NCBI GenBank assembly: GCA_964016885.1
Contig: OZ024751.1
Span: forward strand, 3,658,001-3,722,000
DNA: 64,000 nucleotides
Origin: Eledone cirrhosa
Lineage: Eukaryota
Reading direction: 5' to 3'
Below the pieces are notes generated by a model. That model ran no database searches. It was given only the letters and a program-made list of their open reading frames with translations, and had not been told where the DNA came from. The translations under genes were made by a program, and so were the position numbers. Positions 23,581-36,539 of this stretch are shown in pieces; positions within the stretch are counted from its first letter, which is position 1; each line of letters opens with the position of its first letter.

Positions 23581-25674
23581 TTACCGTACTTTTGGTAGAG
23601 GAGGGATGGTTTTTACATCCCTTTTCACTTGATCGTCTGGTGAAGGGACCGTTGAATCGTCCCTTCGGCTGGTCGTCGGCTCTTCTAAGAGTATGTCTGA
23701 GTATACTCTTCGATTGATGGTTCCTCCTAGGTCCCTGAAATCACCAACTGCGTTGGGGAATTTCGTTTTAATGTTTGTGTATTGTTTCTGTGCTATTTTT
23801 AGCAGTCTTATGTTAGTTGGCGTTTTGATTGGTGCTGGTATTATGTAGTCCTGTTGTGAAATGTCTGTGTGTTCAATTATGTAAGTCATTAGTTTCTTGT
23901 TGTGTGTATTTATTGCCGTGCATTTGTTTTTCTGGGGGTGGGGTGTGGTCCTGCTATTTTCTTGTCGTTGTTGCTGGGTGTGTGTGTTTTGTTGTTGTGT
24001 TTGCGATGTTGGTGCTTGTGGTGGTGGTGTTGAAGGTGTTGTTGGCGGTGGGGTTGTCGCCGGTGGTGATGGTGGTGCTAGTGTGGGTGGTGATGGTGTT
24101 GGTGTTGTTGCTGCTGTGGATCTCTTTGCAGTAGACTTTACCCTTTTCTCATTTCTTTCCTCCCTTTTCAAAGGCGACGATGCGCTGCTTCTGCGTTTGT
24201 GCCTTCTTGCGACCTTTTGCCATCCCTCTCCCACCTCACACTCCATGTCTGATTCTGTGAGGTCGGGGAGGGGTACCAGCTCCACTCTTTCACTTGTTGT
24301 TGTTGGTGATGTTTGCACTGGAGTCTCTGTTGCAGCTGCATTTGGTATTGCTGTTGTTGTTGTTAATATTTCCACTGCTGCTGCTGTTTTTGATTTCCGT
24401 GGCGTGGGTATGGGTGCCACGGACCTATCGTTCCTGGTTGCCGCTTGTCCTGTTGCTGGTAGCCGTGGAGCCGGATTCGGAAGGAGGGGGGTTTTCTCCT
24501 TTCTCAGGGTCTTCTCGTTGCAGAAGGCCCTGAGGTGAGTCTTCGATCCACAGCGAAAGCATTTCGGGCGTTTGCCCTCAACACTTATGGGCAGTTGAGT
24601 GCCGTTATCGAAGTCTATCACATCCGGGATAGCTTCGATGCACTCCTGGTTGGTTTGGATTAGCATCTCAATGGAGGAGCCGACCCAATCTTCTCTTACT
24701 TTTTTCTGTACTTGCAGTACAGTTGTTTTGTCCTCGATTCCGACGAGGACAGACGCGGCCAGCCAAGAAGGGGTCATTCCGGGGGGGACGTGGGTCAGTT
24801 TGACCCTCACAATTTTTTGCCCGCAGTAGGAGGGCACCAACACCATTTCTTCGCTCCTTAGGGTCACTACTGATTGGGCCTTTGCCTCCTGGGGTGTGGC
24901 AAAAAGTACGTCTACGGTGGCGTATTTTTTGCCTCGGGTGATGTGCGTTTTCCTCTGCCACACAGACCCCAAGGCTTTTTGTATTTGGGCCTCTGTGGCT
25001 CTTTCCACCCTACGGGATTTTGTACTTACTGTACGGTACGTGACCGTACAGCGCTCTTGGGTTTCGAAAAAATCTTTCGCTGCCTTGCAGATTGCTCGGT
25101 GTCCGTTCTTTGTCACCATCTTCTTCGCTTCCTCTAATTCCTCATTTGTTATGAGGATTGTTTCCAAGTTTTTCGCAATACCTGCAAATGAGATTGGTTT
25201 TTCTCTGCTGTTGTTGTTGTCGTCAGAGCTGCTGGTACTTTTGTTGCTGCAGGTACTACGACTACTGCCTCCGCCGCTGTTGCTGTGGTTGTTGTTGGTG
25301 TTGCTGCTGCTAATGCTGTTGTTGTTTATGCTGCTGGTGATGCTGTTGCGGCTGCTACTGTTGTTTTCATTGTCACTGTTGCTGTTGTTATTACGGCTGC
25401 TACTGCTATTATTCCTGACGTCAGACGAATGAACTGGGTTTTCGTATTTCCCGCACACCTGTTTCGTCGCTGTCGTCGTCGTCGTGGAGAAACCTTGCAC
25501 GCTTTGCACGAGACTTTTCTTTTCTTTCGTCGCTTGCGAAAGAGAAGGGAGGGAGAGAGACACATTTAAAGAAGGGAGGGAGAGAGACAATCTTCTCTCT
25601 GCTGTAGTGATGATTGAGGAAGAAGAAGACGGAATGAGTGGGAGTGACGTATGAAATTTCTTTTTGGTAGCCAT
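23581..25674 (-). CDS. LINE ORF1 gag-like protein with CCHC knuckle
   Basis: Open frame from ATG 25674 (MATKKK); CFRCGSKTHLRAFC; 35-nt spacer to ORF2. Confidence 0.88.
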   Translation of the reverse strand: MATKKKFHTSLPLIPSSSSSIITTAERRLSLSLPSLNVSLSLPSLSQATKEKKSLVQSVQGFSTTTTTATKQVCGKYENPVHSSDVRNNSSSSRNNNSNSDNENNSSSRNSITSSINNNSISSSNTNNNHSNSGGGSSRSTCSNKSTSSSDDNNNSREKPISFAGIAKNLETILITNEELEEAKKMVTKNGHRAICKAAKDFFETQERCTVTYRTVSTKSRRVERATEAQIQKALGSVWQRKTHITRGKKYATVDVLFATPQEAKAQSVVTLRSEEMVLVPSYCGQKIVRVKLTHVPPGMTPSWLAASVLVGIEDKTTVLQVQKKVREDWVGSSIEMLIQTNQECIEAIPDVIDFDNGTQLPISVEGKRPKCFRCGSKTHLRAFCNEKTLRKEKTPLLPNPAPRLPATGQAATRNDRSVAPIPTPRKSKTAAAVEILTTTTAIPNAAATETPVQTSPTTTSERVELVPLPDLTESDMECEVGEGWQKVARRHKRRSSASSPLKREERNEKRVKSTAKRSTAATTPTPSPPTLAPPSPPATTPPPTTPSTPPPQAPTSQTQQQNTHTQQQRQENSRTTPHPQKNKCTAINTHNKKLMTYIIEHTDISQQDYIIPAPIKTPTNIRLLKIAQKQYTNIKTKFPNAVGDFRDLGGTINRRVYSDILLEEPTTSRRDDSTVPSPDDQVKRDVKTIPPLPKVR

Positions 25675-25910
25675 GTTTTTTTGTTTAAAATGAAATTTTG
25701 AGTACAAAACCCCAATAACTGGTTATTTAACCCCGAAGGGCCAAATAACGGACAGAAAGACCCCTCTCACGAGGAGGAGGATGTCTTTATCAACAATTTG
25801 GTTCAAGTTTTAAACAATTTACAATTGTTTTAACGGTTAAAAATTACTATACCTTACAGAGCCGAGCCTCCGTCAACCATGGCATTCAATAATAATAATA
25901 ATAATAATAA

Positions 25911-28900
25911 CTGTGTGTTTGTTTGTTTATGTGTGTTCGTATACAGCGTGGTGATAATGCCACACAAGGGCCAAGTGGAACGGCGAATCCACAGATGGCT
26001 ATGTAACCATACATTCGCCAATCCTCGATAAGAGTGTTTAAATATCGAACATAAACAGTTCGAATAACGGTGAAATGGAGACTAGAACGTCATGTGACAG
26101 ACTCTCACCCAACAGGTGCCCCCTGGCTCAGCAGCAGGAACCTGACTGTCAACCAAATACTGCTGATGTTGGAGGAAGAAGAAGAAGGAAAGGGGCCAGA
26201 ACCAACTGGACGAAAGAATTGAATAGAACTGTTATGCAATGTTACCTGAAAAGTAACCCCAAGGAGAGGGGCTACAGGAGACGGATGCATAACATCTGGA
26301 ACGAGATTGGTCTATTTAAATTAGATGAACAAAAATTGGCCGGGCAGGCTCGGGTAATAAGAACTAATGGGTGGATAAGCGAGCTGGAACTGGAGGAACT
26401 GAGCAGAGAGAATGGCTTGGAGATGGCGGGTGTAGTATGCCAGACAAGCGAGCCAGTGGGAAATGAAGGTGAAGAGATCCTGAGAACGGAGGAACCACCC
26501 GAAGCAGACAATGATCTGAATACTGAGATAAATAATACCTGGAACAGAGATACGGCCACTGAGGAGATGAATGCTGACGGGCTAGGACAAGATTCGGTTG
26601 ACATCCTAAATTTAGTGGTAGATGAATTGAACAATGATAGTGGGAGACCTATGAACCTAAGATTTGTAGACAGGAAAAAGTTAACAGAAACAACAGCTAA
26701 GGTAAACAAAGTCATCCCATACCTTGAGGCGAGGAGCCTTCACCAGTGCAACAATATCCTCAAAGCAACAGCAAATACGGTGAGGAAACTACTTGGTATA
26801 AAAGCGAGAGGAAACAACAGACAAGAAAGAGCAGAGCCGTGGTGGAAGAAACGACTGAGTGGTCAAATCGGGGAAATGAGAAATGACATAGGAAAGCTTG
26901 AGTCACTACTGAATGGGACACTAAAAAACATAGGCACTAAAAATAGACTGGAAATAAAGTACAAAACTAGGAGGAAAAAGCTAAATATTATCATAGAGGA
27001 ACTGAAGCAACGCATTGTAGCAAAGAGTGCAAAAATCAGGCGATACGAGAACAGAGTCAGTCAGTATAAACAGAACCGCATGTTCGACAACAACCAGAAG
27101 ATGCTGTTTGGACAGCTTGAGGGGAAAGAAAGAGGCAACGACTTGATCCCTGGGGCGGAGCAAACTAAAACATTCTGGAGAGGAATATGGGAGCAGGATG
27201 TTAGACATAATGTCCAGGCAGGGTGGATTGAGACAGTACAGAGGGAGATCGGTGAGCAGGCACACCAACAAACTGATTTGAGTATCACAGTTGAAACTCT
27301 TAAGGGGCAGGCCAAAAAACTAACCAACTGGAAATCACCAGGCCCAGATGGTGTGCAGGGGTATTGGATTAAAAATTTAACATCCCTCCACCCGAAACTG
27401 ACGGCCATGTTCAATGACTGCTTGGTGTCGGGTGAGGTGCCAGAGTGGTTGACAAAAGGTACCACAGTTCTGATAATGAAAGACCGAATCAAGGGTAATG
27501 ATGTTACCAACTATAAACCTATCACATGTCTGTCCGTAATGTGGAAACTGTTGACGAGTATTGTGTCTGAGGAAATCTACCATCACCTCCACACAAACAA
27601 CTTGTTACCGGACGAACAGAAAGGATGCCGAAAGAAGTCACGTGGTACAAAGGACCAGTTACTTATTGATAAGATGGTAATGGGGAATTGCAGGAGGAGA
27701 CACACTGATCTTGCCATGGGATGGATAGACTACAGAAAGGCATTTGACATGGTGCCTCATTCTTGGATCACCAAAAGCCTGGAGATCTTCAGGGTGGCAG
27801 ATAACATCAGACAGTTGCTGGGCAGGAGTATGGGGTCCTGGGAGACAGAGTTGACATCAACTGGAGTATCCTTGGGAAGCGTGAAGATCAAGAGAGGTAT
27901 CTTCCAGGGAGATAGCCTGTCCCCTCTGTTGTTTGTCCTTGCCCTGATGCCCTTGACCATTATGCTGCGAAAAGTGAGAGCAGGATACAAGTTGGGAAAG
28001 GGAGAGCTTACCATCAATCACCTCCTCTTCATGGACGATCTTAAGCTCTTCGGGAAAAGTGAGAAGGAGTTGGATGTGCTTGTTGACACTGTCCGTATTT
28101 TCAGCAGTGATATATGTATGCAGTTTGGTATTAGTAAATGTGGAGTCATTGTGATGAGGAGGGGTAGGTTGAGCAGAAGTAACGGGATCCAGATACCAAC
28201 AGGTGAGATGATAAAGGAAATTGACTCTGAGGAAGGATACAAGTATTTGGGCGTTCTGGAGGCTGATGGCATAAAGAACAAAAAAATGAAGGAATTGTTA
28301 AGAACTGAATACATTCGGAGAGTAAGGAGCGTATTGAAGTCACACCTGAACAGCAGAAATGCCATAAGCGCAGTAAATTCCAGAGCTGTGTCTATTATTA
28401 GGTACAGTGCGGGAATTCTGAGATGGAATGTTGCTGAACAAAAAGAAATGGATAGGAAGACTAGGAAGCTATTGACTATCTACAACATGTTCCACAAGAG
28501 GAGTGATGTCGATAGACTCTACCTAAGGAGATCTGAGGGTGGAAGAGGTCTTATCAGCATAGAGGACTGTGTTCAGATGGAGAAAAACAACCTATACAAA
28601 TACGTGACCTATAGTAAGGAGCCAATGCTCAGAACTGTACTGAAGGAGGGGACAGTAGGCCAGGGGATGTCCAAGGAGGAAATAACATCAAGGAGGAAGA
28701 GCAGCCTTAAGGGAAAATCCCTTCATAGTACCTTCTTTGAGAAAACTGAATTTAGAGATCCACAGACATGGAACTGGTTGAGAAGAGGAGACCTCAAAAA
28801 GGCTACAGAAGGAATGCTAATGGCTGCGCAGGAGCAGGCCCTCAAAACGAAGTGGTTGAAGCACCATATTTACAAGGAGGAGGCTAGCCCACTGTGCAGG

Positions 28901-29545
28901 ATCTGTGGAGAGAGAGAGGAGACTGTGGCTCACATTGTGTCCGAGTGTAAACACCTAGCCCAGACCCACTATAAGGGCTGGAGACACGATGTGATGGGCA
29001 GCGTGATCCACTGGCACCTGTGCAAAGTAAACAATTTACCACATTCTGAGAAATGGTATGAGCATAGGCCAGAGGCGGTGATGGAGAACAATCAGGTGAA
29101 GGTGCTGTGGGATTTTAGGATACAGACGGACAAAAAAACTGGAACACAATAGACCTGACCTGGTGGTTGTGGACAAAGAAAAAAGATCGTGTCTGATTGT
29201 GGATGTGGCCTGCCATTTCGACACGAGAGTGCAAGAGAAGGAGAGGGAGAAAATTAACCGATACCAGGACCTAAAGTGGGAGGTGAAAATGATTTGGAAC
29301 TGCCATGAAGTCAAAGTGATCCCGATTGTCATAGGCGCACTGGGGACTATCTCCAAAGGTTTCCAGGGATGGTTAAAGAAAATCGGCCCCTTCACGCTTT
29401 TTGGAACGCTTCAAAAGGCATGCTTGCTGGGAACAACAAGAACCCTCCGATACGTCCTGAATATCTGAGGCTGCAGGTAGTGGCTTGATATTCATTCCAA
29501 CGGACTTTCCAGTTAACCAACATCAATGACTGAGATTCAAGGAAT
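25911..29545 (+). mobile_element. R4/Dong-clade non-LTR retrotransposon, apparently full length, in (TAA)n
   Basis: Single RT-RLE ORF; AAT runs at 25888-25910 and 29552-29585. Confidence 0.9.
26075..29468 (+). pseudogene. RT + CCHC + restriction-like endonuclease ORF with one +1 frameshift in the A7 run 29132-29138
   Basis: KSPGPDG, RGTKDQLLIDK, QGDSLSP, HLLFMDD, CRIC...HIVSEC, RHD, then shifted HNRPDLVVVD...D...EREKINRYQDL. Confidence 0.9.
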
Positions 29546-29551
29546 AACAAC

Positions 29552-29580
<29 letters not shown>

Positions 29581-29586
<6 letters not shown>

Positions 29587-29877
29587 CAGTGGTTGTAGGC
29601 GCTCTGGGAATGATACCTAAGGGGGCTAATGATTACTTATCGCAAATCCCAGGAAACCCGCGTATAGGAGAAATACAAAAGATAGTACTAATGGGAACTG
29701 CCCATATACTAAGGAAGATTCTGTCAATATAAGTACATCACAAGTCTAAATACTAAAGATGCATGTGTGAATATGTATGTTCTTTCTTGAACATGGCGGA
29801 TCTTGTTGTCTCTTGAGGTCACTGGTTGTGACTTGGTGATAACTCGTATGAACATAAAGTAAGATAAATGCAACTGT
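29581..29877 (+). mobile_element. 5'-truncated copy of a second R4/Dong family
   Basis: IPVVVGALGMIPK...IQKIVLMGTAHILRKILSI* parallels IPIVIGALGTISK...LQKACLLGTTRTLRYVLNI*; AAT flanks. Confidence 0.85.
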
Positions 29878-30105
29878 AATAATAATAATAATACAGTAAC
29901 TAATGGGAATAGCAATAACAATAGTTTAAATACGTATAATAGTTGAACACCTAGAAATAATAACAATGATAATACGAATACTTTAGGTTATCGAAATAAC
30001 ACGGAATTGAACTGTAACTGTAGAAGGAAATCTGAATGCCCTTTACAAAACAGTTGCCTTAATAAGAATTTAGTATATAAATGTACCATTAAGACAAATA
30101 ATAAT

Positions 30106-30293
30106 TGTTTCTACTTTTGGCACAAGGCCAGCAATTACCCAGTGCATTGCTGGTACTTTATTTTATCGACCCCGTAAGGATGAAAGGCAAAGTTAACCTC
30201 GGCGAGATTTGAACTCAGAATGGCAAGGGCCGTAACTCTATACGTCAAAGCATGGCGTCCGACCCTCTACTGATACTGCCAATCCACCACCAT
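30106..30293 (-). mobile_element. SINE family A, full length, inside the GIY-YIG coding region
   Basis: 19-bp TSD cattaagacaaataataat (30087-30105 / 30294-30312). Confidence 0.92.
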
Positions 30294-31800
30294 CATTAAG
30301 ACAAATAATAATAATACTTATAACTACATTGGTGCCACTTCATCGAACATTAAGTTTCGCTTTTCCAAGCATAAACATTCTTTCTCAAATCCAGATAAAA
30401 AACTTTCTACTTCATTATCACAATTAATATGGTCTTTAAAAGAGAAAACTATTAAATACTCAATTTCTTGGTGTAAACTTAGAAACTCTGAGTCCTATCG
30501 GAACGATTCCATCTCACCAAATTGCAATCTTTGCAATTTAGAAACTCTATTAATTAACAAACTCTATTTAACAAAAAAAAAAAACGAATTATTTGCAAAT
30601 TGTCTCCATAAATCTGGAAAAACATTTCAAGCATCATACAAATTTAGAAAAAAATACTGACTAAGAGGAGAAAAAAATATGGACTATTATTATTAATAAT
30701 TCTTGAATTATTGTTTTTATATAAATAATGTTTTGCCTTACCTTAAAATTGTATATTTAATCTCATGAGGTGATTGTATAATTAATCTCATGAGGTGATA
30801 AGTTCGAATTTTTGAACGGCCATTGTGTAACTAGAACTTTCTGAACTTGCGGTTTAAAATATCTTCTGGCTTTCAAAGCATTTAGATAATATAAATGACC
30901 ACATATGGATTACCTCCCTTTGTTTACATTCTTCGTATATTATTTTCTTTTTATCCAAATGGATTAATAATGTATATTTAACATGATATTAATGGTTATA
31001 GGGAAACTACATATATTATGATATTATGATTTAGTTATGAAATTAGAATCGAAATAGTAATACTTTAATGAGTGAATATAACTACTTATTAAACCTATCA
31101 GTAAATGACAATTGTTTATATTGTAAAATGAATAATTCTGATAATAATTCTAAACATTATATAAAATGCATATACTGATGGTGATATGCGAATATGTTGT
31201 GGTAAATATCCTTATACATATTTATTGTGTGAAAACTTGCTTGATAGGTAAAAATGTTTTTGAATTTTGAATTTTGTAACAAAATATTGAATATATTTAT
31301 TTATTGAATTATGCTTCTGATTAATATAGAAAATATTTTTATATTGTTTCATTTTGATATAATACATTAGTATAATTAGCTCAAACATAACCAAATACAG
31401 AATATATTAAAAATTTCACGGTATTTAATTGGTCGCTTCTGTTTGACTTAATATTTGAAAACAACGGTCACGCGTCGTGTTCCTTTCTTCTTTCATTCTT
31501 TCCATTTTGCGGTTACGTCCTCCCTCTTCTCTCTCTCTTTTTCTTCTATCATATCTTATTTTTTCTGTCTTCTTCTCTCTTCTCGTCTATCTATCTCCCT
31601 CTCTTTATTTCTTCTTACATTTTTCATACCACTCCCCCTTTTTCCTACATCTCGCTCCACATCCTCTTCTTCATCCTATTTAAGTTTATCATGTTATTAT
31701 TTGTGCATATAAATATTGAGATGTGTTGTAATAAATCACTACTAATACTGTAATTGAACCATCAAGAGAGTTGAGGTATGTCATACATCAATTCATATAT

Positions 31801-31859
31801 TTTATCTGATGAGAGCGTACTGAAAAAACACACAGTACCTCCGAAATATATATAATAAA
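31801..31859 (+). ncRNA. Type I hammerhead in Penelope pLTR
   Basis: tttat-CTGATGA-gagcgtactg...cagtacctcc-GAAA-tatata-TA-ataaa. Confidence 0.72.
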
Positions 31860-32006
31860 ACATGTATTTTGATTATGTGAACGTATTCATTTAATAATAT
31901 TTTGAATAATATAACTAACTCCAGAAAACATTACTGTAGAGTGCTTATAATCTATTGTAAAACTATATTCATTGAGTAATCAAAGAATCATATTAATCTT
32001 TGGTAA

Positions 32007-32051
<45 letters not shown>

Positions 32052-32203
32052 TTGTATATATATTTGTATATATATAGTTATATATATATACATATATATA
32101 TATATATACATATGTATATAGATACATATGTATATGTATCTATGTGTTTATATATATATATATATATATACAGATATACATATACGTATATATATGTATA
32201 CAA

Positions 32204-32251
<48 letters not shown>

Positions 32252-32409
32252 CGTTTCTGAATTTATTTAGCAAGATTCTTTATCTGAACTCGTGTGTTGA
32301 AACCGATATTGTTATACTTTGGGAGTGAAAGCAACTGGTGCGTGTGTTTCTTATTAGCAACATGACCCTCCCAAAGTATAACAATATATATATATATATA
32401 TAAATATAA

Positions 32410-32590
32410 TAAGGGTTGACGGACCCACCATATTTATCAATGCCAGTACCGGTTGTATCTCAGCGCACTCAATGGCCAATGTAAGATGCATTACCAGAGT
32501 ATACACATAGTTATTTGCCTCAACACAACACACGTAAAACAAGTGCCTATAAGGTTCCCGAACTCGAGTTTACTCCCTGAATAAACTCCC
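32410..32590. repeat. Dispersed repeat, inverse copy about 56965-57125
   Basis: gttgacggacccaccatatttatcaatgccag matches the reverse complement near 57095-57125. Confidence 0.7.
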
Positions 32591-32740
32591 TGGAAATATA
32601 TATATACATCTACACATGTGTATCCATATATATATATATACATATACACATGTGTATCCATACATATATATATATATATAAATTTTAATTTTTATTATTA
32701 GTTTATATATATATGTTTATATATATATGTTTATATTAAT

Positions 32741-32780
<40 letters not shown>

Positions 32781-32784
<4 letters not shown>

Positions 32785-33365
32785 GGAAAAAATGAAACGA
32801 AATTTCATTTCCCACTCTTAGTACGGCTGTTACTTAAATATAAGTATGTACACAAATATAAGTATGTACACAAATATAAGTATGTACACTTAATACGGGA
32901 TGTTTGTAAACAAACATCCTGTATTAAGCCGTAGTGTCTAGCAACCATCGTTGCTCGGTTGTTCAACACTGACAAAGGAACGCTGTACTAGTTTCAAGCT
33001 TATTAGCTATCGTCAGCAACGTATACCTTCCTGCCAGATTGTTGAACGTATATACTTACCTTATGCATATTATAGGCATAAGGTAAGTATATACGTTCAA
33101 CAATCTGGCAAGAAGGTATACGTTGCTGAAGATAGCTAATAAGCATGAAACTAGTACAGCGTTCCTTTGTCAGTGTTGAACAAACGAGCAACGATGGTTG
33201 CTACACACTACGGCTTAATACGGGATGTTTGTTTACAAACACACCGAGCATTATAATAAATGTTCGGTGAATCCATACGTACATATATATATATGTGTGC
33301 ATGTATGTATATATATATACATACTACTGTGCATCTGTATACATATATGTATGTACGTGTACATA
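32781..33365. mobile_element. Head-to-head inverted dimer of a relative of the 466-bp hammerhead repeat
   Basis: Palindrome centred near 33070; hammerheads at 32980-33022 (-) and 33120-33162 (+); 32781-32850 matches the array 3' end. Confidence 0.85.
33120..33162 (+). ncRNA. Minimal type I hammerhead
   Basis: acgttg-CTGAAGA-tagctaataagcat-GAAAC-ta-GTA-cagcgt; mirror copy has CTGACGA. Confidence 0.8.
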
Positions 33366-33407
33366 TATATATATATATATACATAAATATAAACATATAT
33401 ATATAAA

Positions 33408-33484
<77 letters not shown>

Positions 33485-33616
33485 ATAAATATAAACATAT
33501 ATATATAAACATATAATAAAAATTAAAATTTATATATATATATGTATGGATACACATGTGTATATGTATATATATTTTTTCGGGGAGTTTATTCATTTTT
33601 CCATTAACATTATAAA

Positions 33617-33703
33617 GCGTCTGACGAGCCGCGGATTACAGAGTCGAGATAGATCAATACATATCGAACGTTGAGCCATATCGCGGGCGAAACGCGCGTC
33701 ACC
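33617..33703 (+). ncRNA. Type I hammerhead with palindromic stem III (unrelated pLTR family)
   Basis: CTGACGA-gccgcgg...tcgcgggc-GAAACGCGCGTC; stem I only 2 bp. Confidence 0.6.
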
Positions 33704-33759
33704 AACCAATAAACGTAATGAAGGAGTAAACAATTTTACTTGTAATTTTATTTCACTAT

Positions 33760-34372
33760 ATATATATGTATAGATATATACATGTATATATATATATAAA
33801 TACACATATGTATATATATATACATCTATATATATATGCACATATATAAATATTTATATAAATATATACATATGTATATATATATATATATTTATACATA
33901 TATATATATACATATATATATACATATATATGTATATGTATATACAAATATATACATAAATATATACATATATACGAGTATATATACATATATATATATA
34001 TACATATGTATATATATACATATATACACATATATGCATATATATATATGTATATATATATATATGTATATATATATATAAGTATATATATAAGTATATA
34101 TATATGTATATATGTATATATATATATACATATATATGTTTATATATATGTATATATGTATACATACGTATATTTAATATATCTCATAAAATAATACAGA
34201 CAATTATCCACACAATACAATATAGTTAACACCCCAAACATTTAATTGGGAATATACTGCGGTAGTTCCTAATGTTTGTTGAGTGAGTTTGAAATTGGTC
34301 GGAGTACCAGTAATAGCTTCCTCCGTTTATGTAATTATATATTTATGTATATATCTATAGAATATATGTATA

Positions 34373-34403
<31 letters not shown>

Positions 34404-34441
34404 TTACATGTGTATGTATATATTTATTTATGTATATATAT

Positions 34442-34518
<77 letters not shown>

Positions 34519-35706
34519 GCATATGTATATATATATGTTTGATACAGAAGCGAAAACCAACCAAACAGTGAGTGTGTTCTGTTATTAAATCTGGCAATAT
34601 TATTACACAAATATGACACTCCCCAAGTATAACAATATATATATATGTATATAAATATATATACATATGTATATACATATGTATATATATATATGTATAT
34701 CTATGTATATATATATATATATATATACATATACGAATATGTATATATGTATATATATATGTATACATATATATAGATATGTATACGTATATATATATGG
34801 GTATATATATATATATATACATATATAAATACATATGTATATATATATATATACATTTATATATATATATATATATCAATGATATTAATAAAAGGGATCT
34901 ATATTTATAAAACCATGTTTATTCTATTATATATATTTCCAGGGTACCAAAATTTGGTACGCACTCATAAGATAAGATACAAAATTTGTTTCATAAATAT
35001 TGACGTACTCAGGCATAAGACCTTAACGGTTCCTAACCCGTTAACGTCTGATTCCTGGGTATGTATATATGTATATGTATATACATACATATACATAAAT
35101 ATATACATATATATTATCTCCTGTCATTATTCATGTTTATTTATATGTTAATCAATTTCTAGTTATTATAAAATGCTCGGACCTACTCGTTAGAATCTTA
35201 GAGCTTATTTTGCGGGTGATATGGCGCATGTCTTTCTGGCATGACACCCATAATTTTGATTTAGATTAAATTCATTTGATTTATCTTAATTTTGGATATA
35301 GATATATACATATATATATATATATATACAAATATATATATATATATATCTGTATCGATATACATATATACACATATATGCATATACATATATGTATATA
35401 TATATATATGTATATATATATATGTATATATCTATGTATATATATATATGTATATATGTATATATATATACATATATATGTTTATATATATGTATATATG
35501 TATACATACGTATATTTAATATATCTCATAAAATAATACAGACAATTATCCACACAATACAATATAGTTAACACCCCAAACATTTAATTGGGAATATACT
35601 GCGGTAGTTCCTAATTTTTGTTGAGTGAGTTTGAAATTGGTCGGAGTACCAGTAATAGCTTCCTCCGTTTATGTAATTATATATTTATGTATATATATGC
35701 ATATAT

Positions 35707-35802
<96 letters not shown>

Positions 35803-36113
35803 GTATATATTTATTTATATATATATATACATATGTATATATATATATACATATGTAGGTATATATATATACATATGTATATACATATGCATATATATAT
35901 ATGTGTATATATATACATATGTATATTTATATATGCATATATATATGTAAATAAATATATACAAGGCTTTTTGCTTACATTAATTTCTCTAATTTCATTT
36001 ATATACATATGTATATATATTCATATGTACATATAAATATATAGATATATATACATATGTAAATATATATATATATATGTATATATATACATATACGTAT
36101 ATATATATATGCA

Positions 36114-36157
<44 letters not shown>

Positions 36158-36508
36158 TAGATGTATATACATATATGTATGTATATACATATATATATAT
36201 ATATATGCATATACATACACATATGCATGTACATATTTATATATGTATATGCATATCTATATATATGTGTATATATACATATAATAATATATACATATAC
36301 ATATATATACATATAGGTACATATACACACACATATATATATACATATACAAATATGTATATATGTATATATATATATGTATATATATATATACATATGT
36401 ATATATATATACATATGTATATGTATATATATATGTATATATATACATATCTGTATGTATATATATATATGTATATATATATGTATATATGTATATACAC
36501 ATATATAT

Positions 36509-36539
<31 letters not shown>

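Larger units (their letters stand above)
19863..25887 (-). mobile_element. Full-length L1/Tx1-clade LINE inserted in (AAT)n
   Basis: Two intact ORFs, short UTRs, (AAT)n on both flanks. Confidence 0.92.
29878..32005 (+). mobile_element. 3' part of the Penelope element begun at 19105 (linker, GIY-YIG, pLTR)
   Basis: Asn-rich frame runs into NCNCRRKSECPLQNSCLNKNLVYKC, YIGATSS, CNLCNLE. Confidence 0.85.

Noticed and set aside
20453-25569. Antisense ORFs within the Tx1 LINE
   Set aside because: Expected shadows of a GC-rich coding strand.
25911-26005. HDV-like ribozyme in the Dong 5'UTR (ggcgaat, gtgg/ccac)
   Set aside because: P3 and P1.1 could not be built by eye; a descriptor search is needed.
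29131-29140. Programmed -1 frameshift at AAAAAAC
   Set aside because: Restoring the endonuclease needs a +1 shift, and R4/Dong elements have one continuous ORF.
29944-29946. In-frame TGA as selenocysteine (some Naiad elements encode Sec)
   Set aside because: It lies in the low-complexity linker, not at a Cys position; the NCNC codons are TGT; the element has other lesions; no SECIS was identified.
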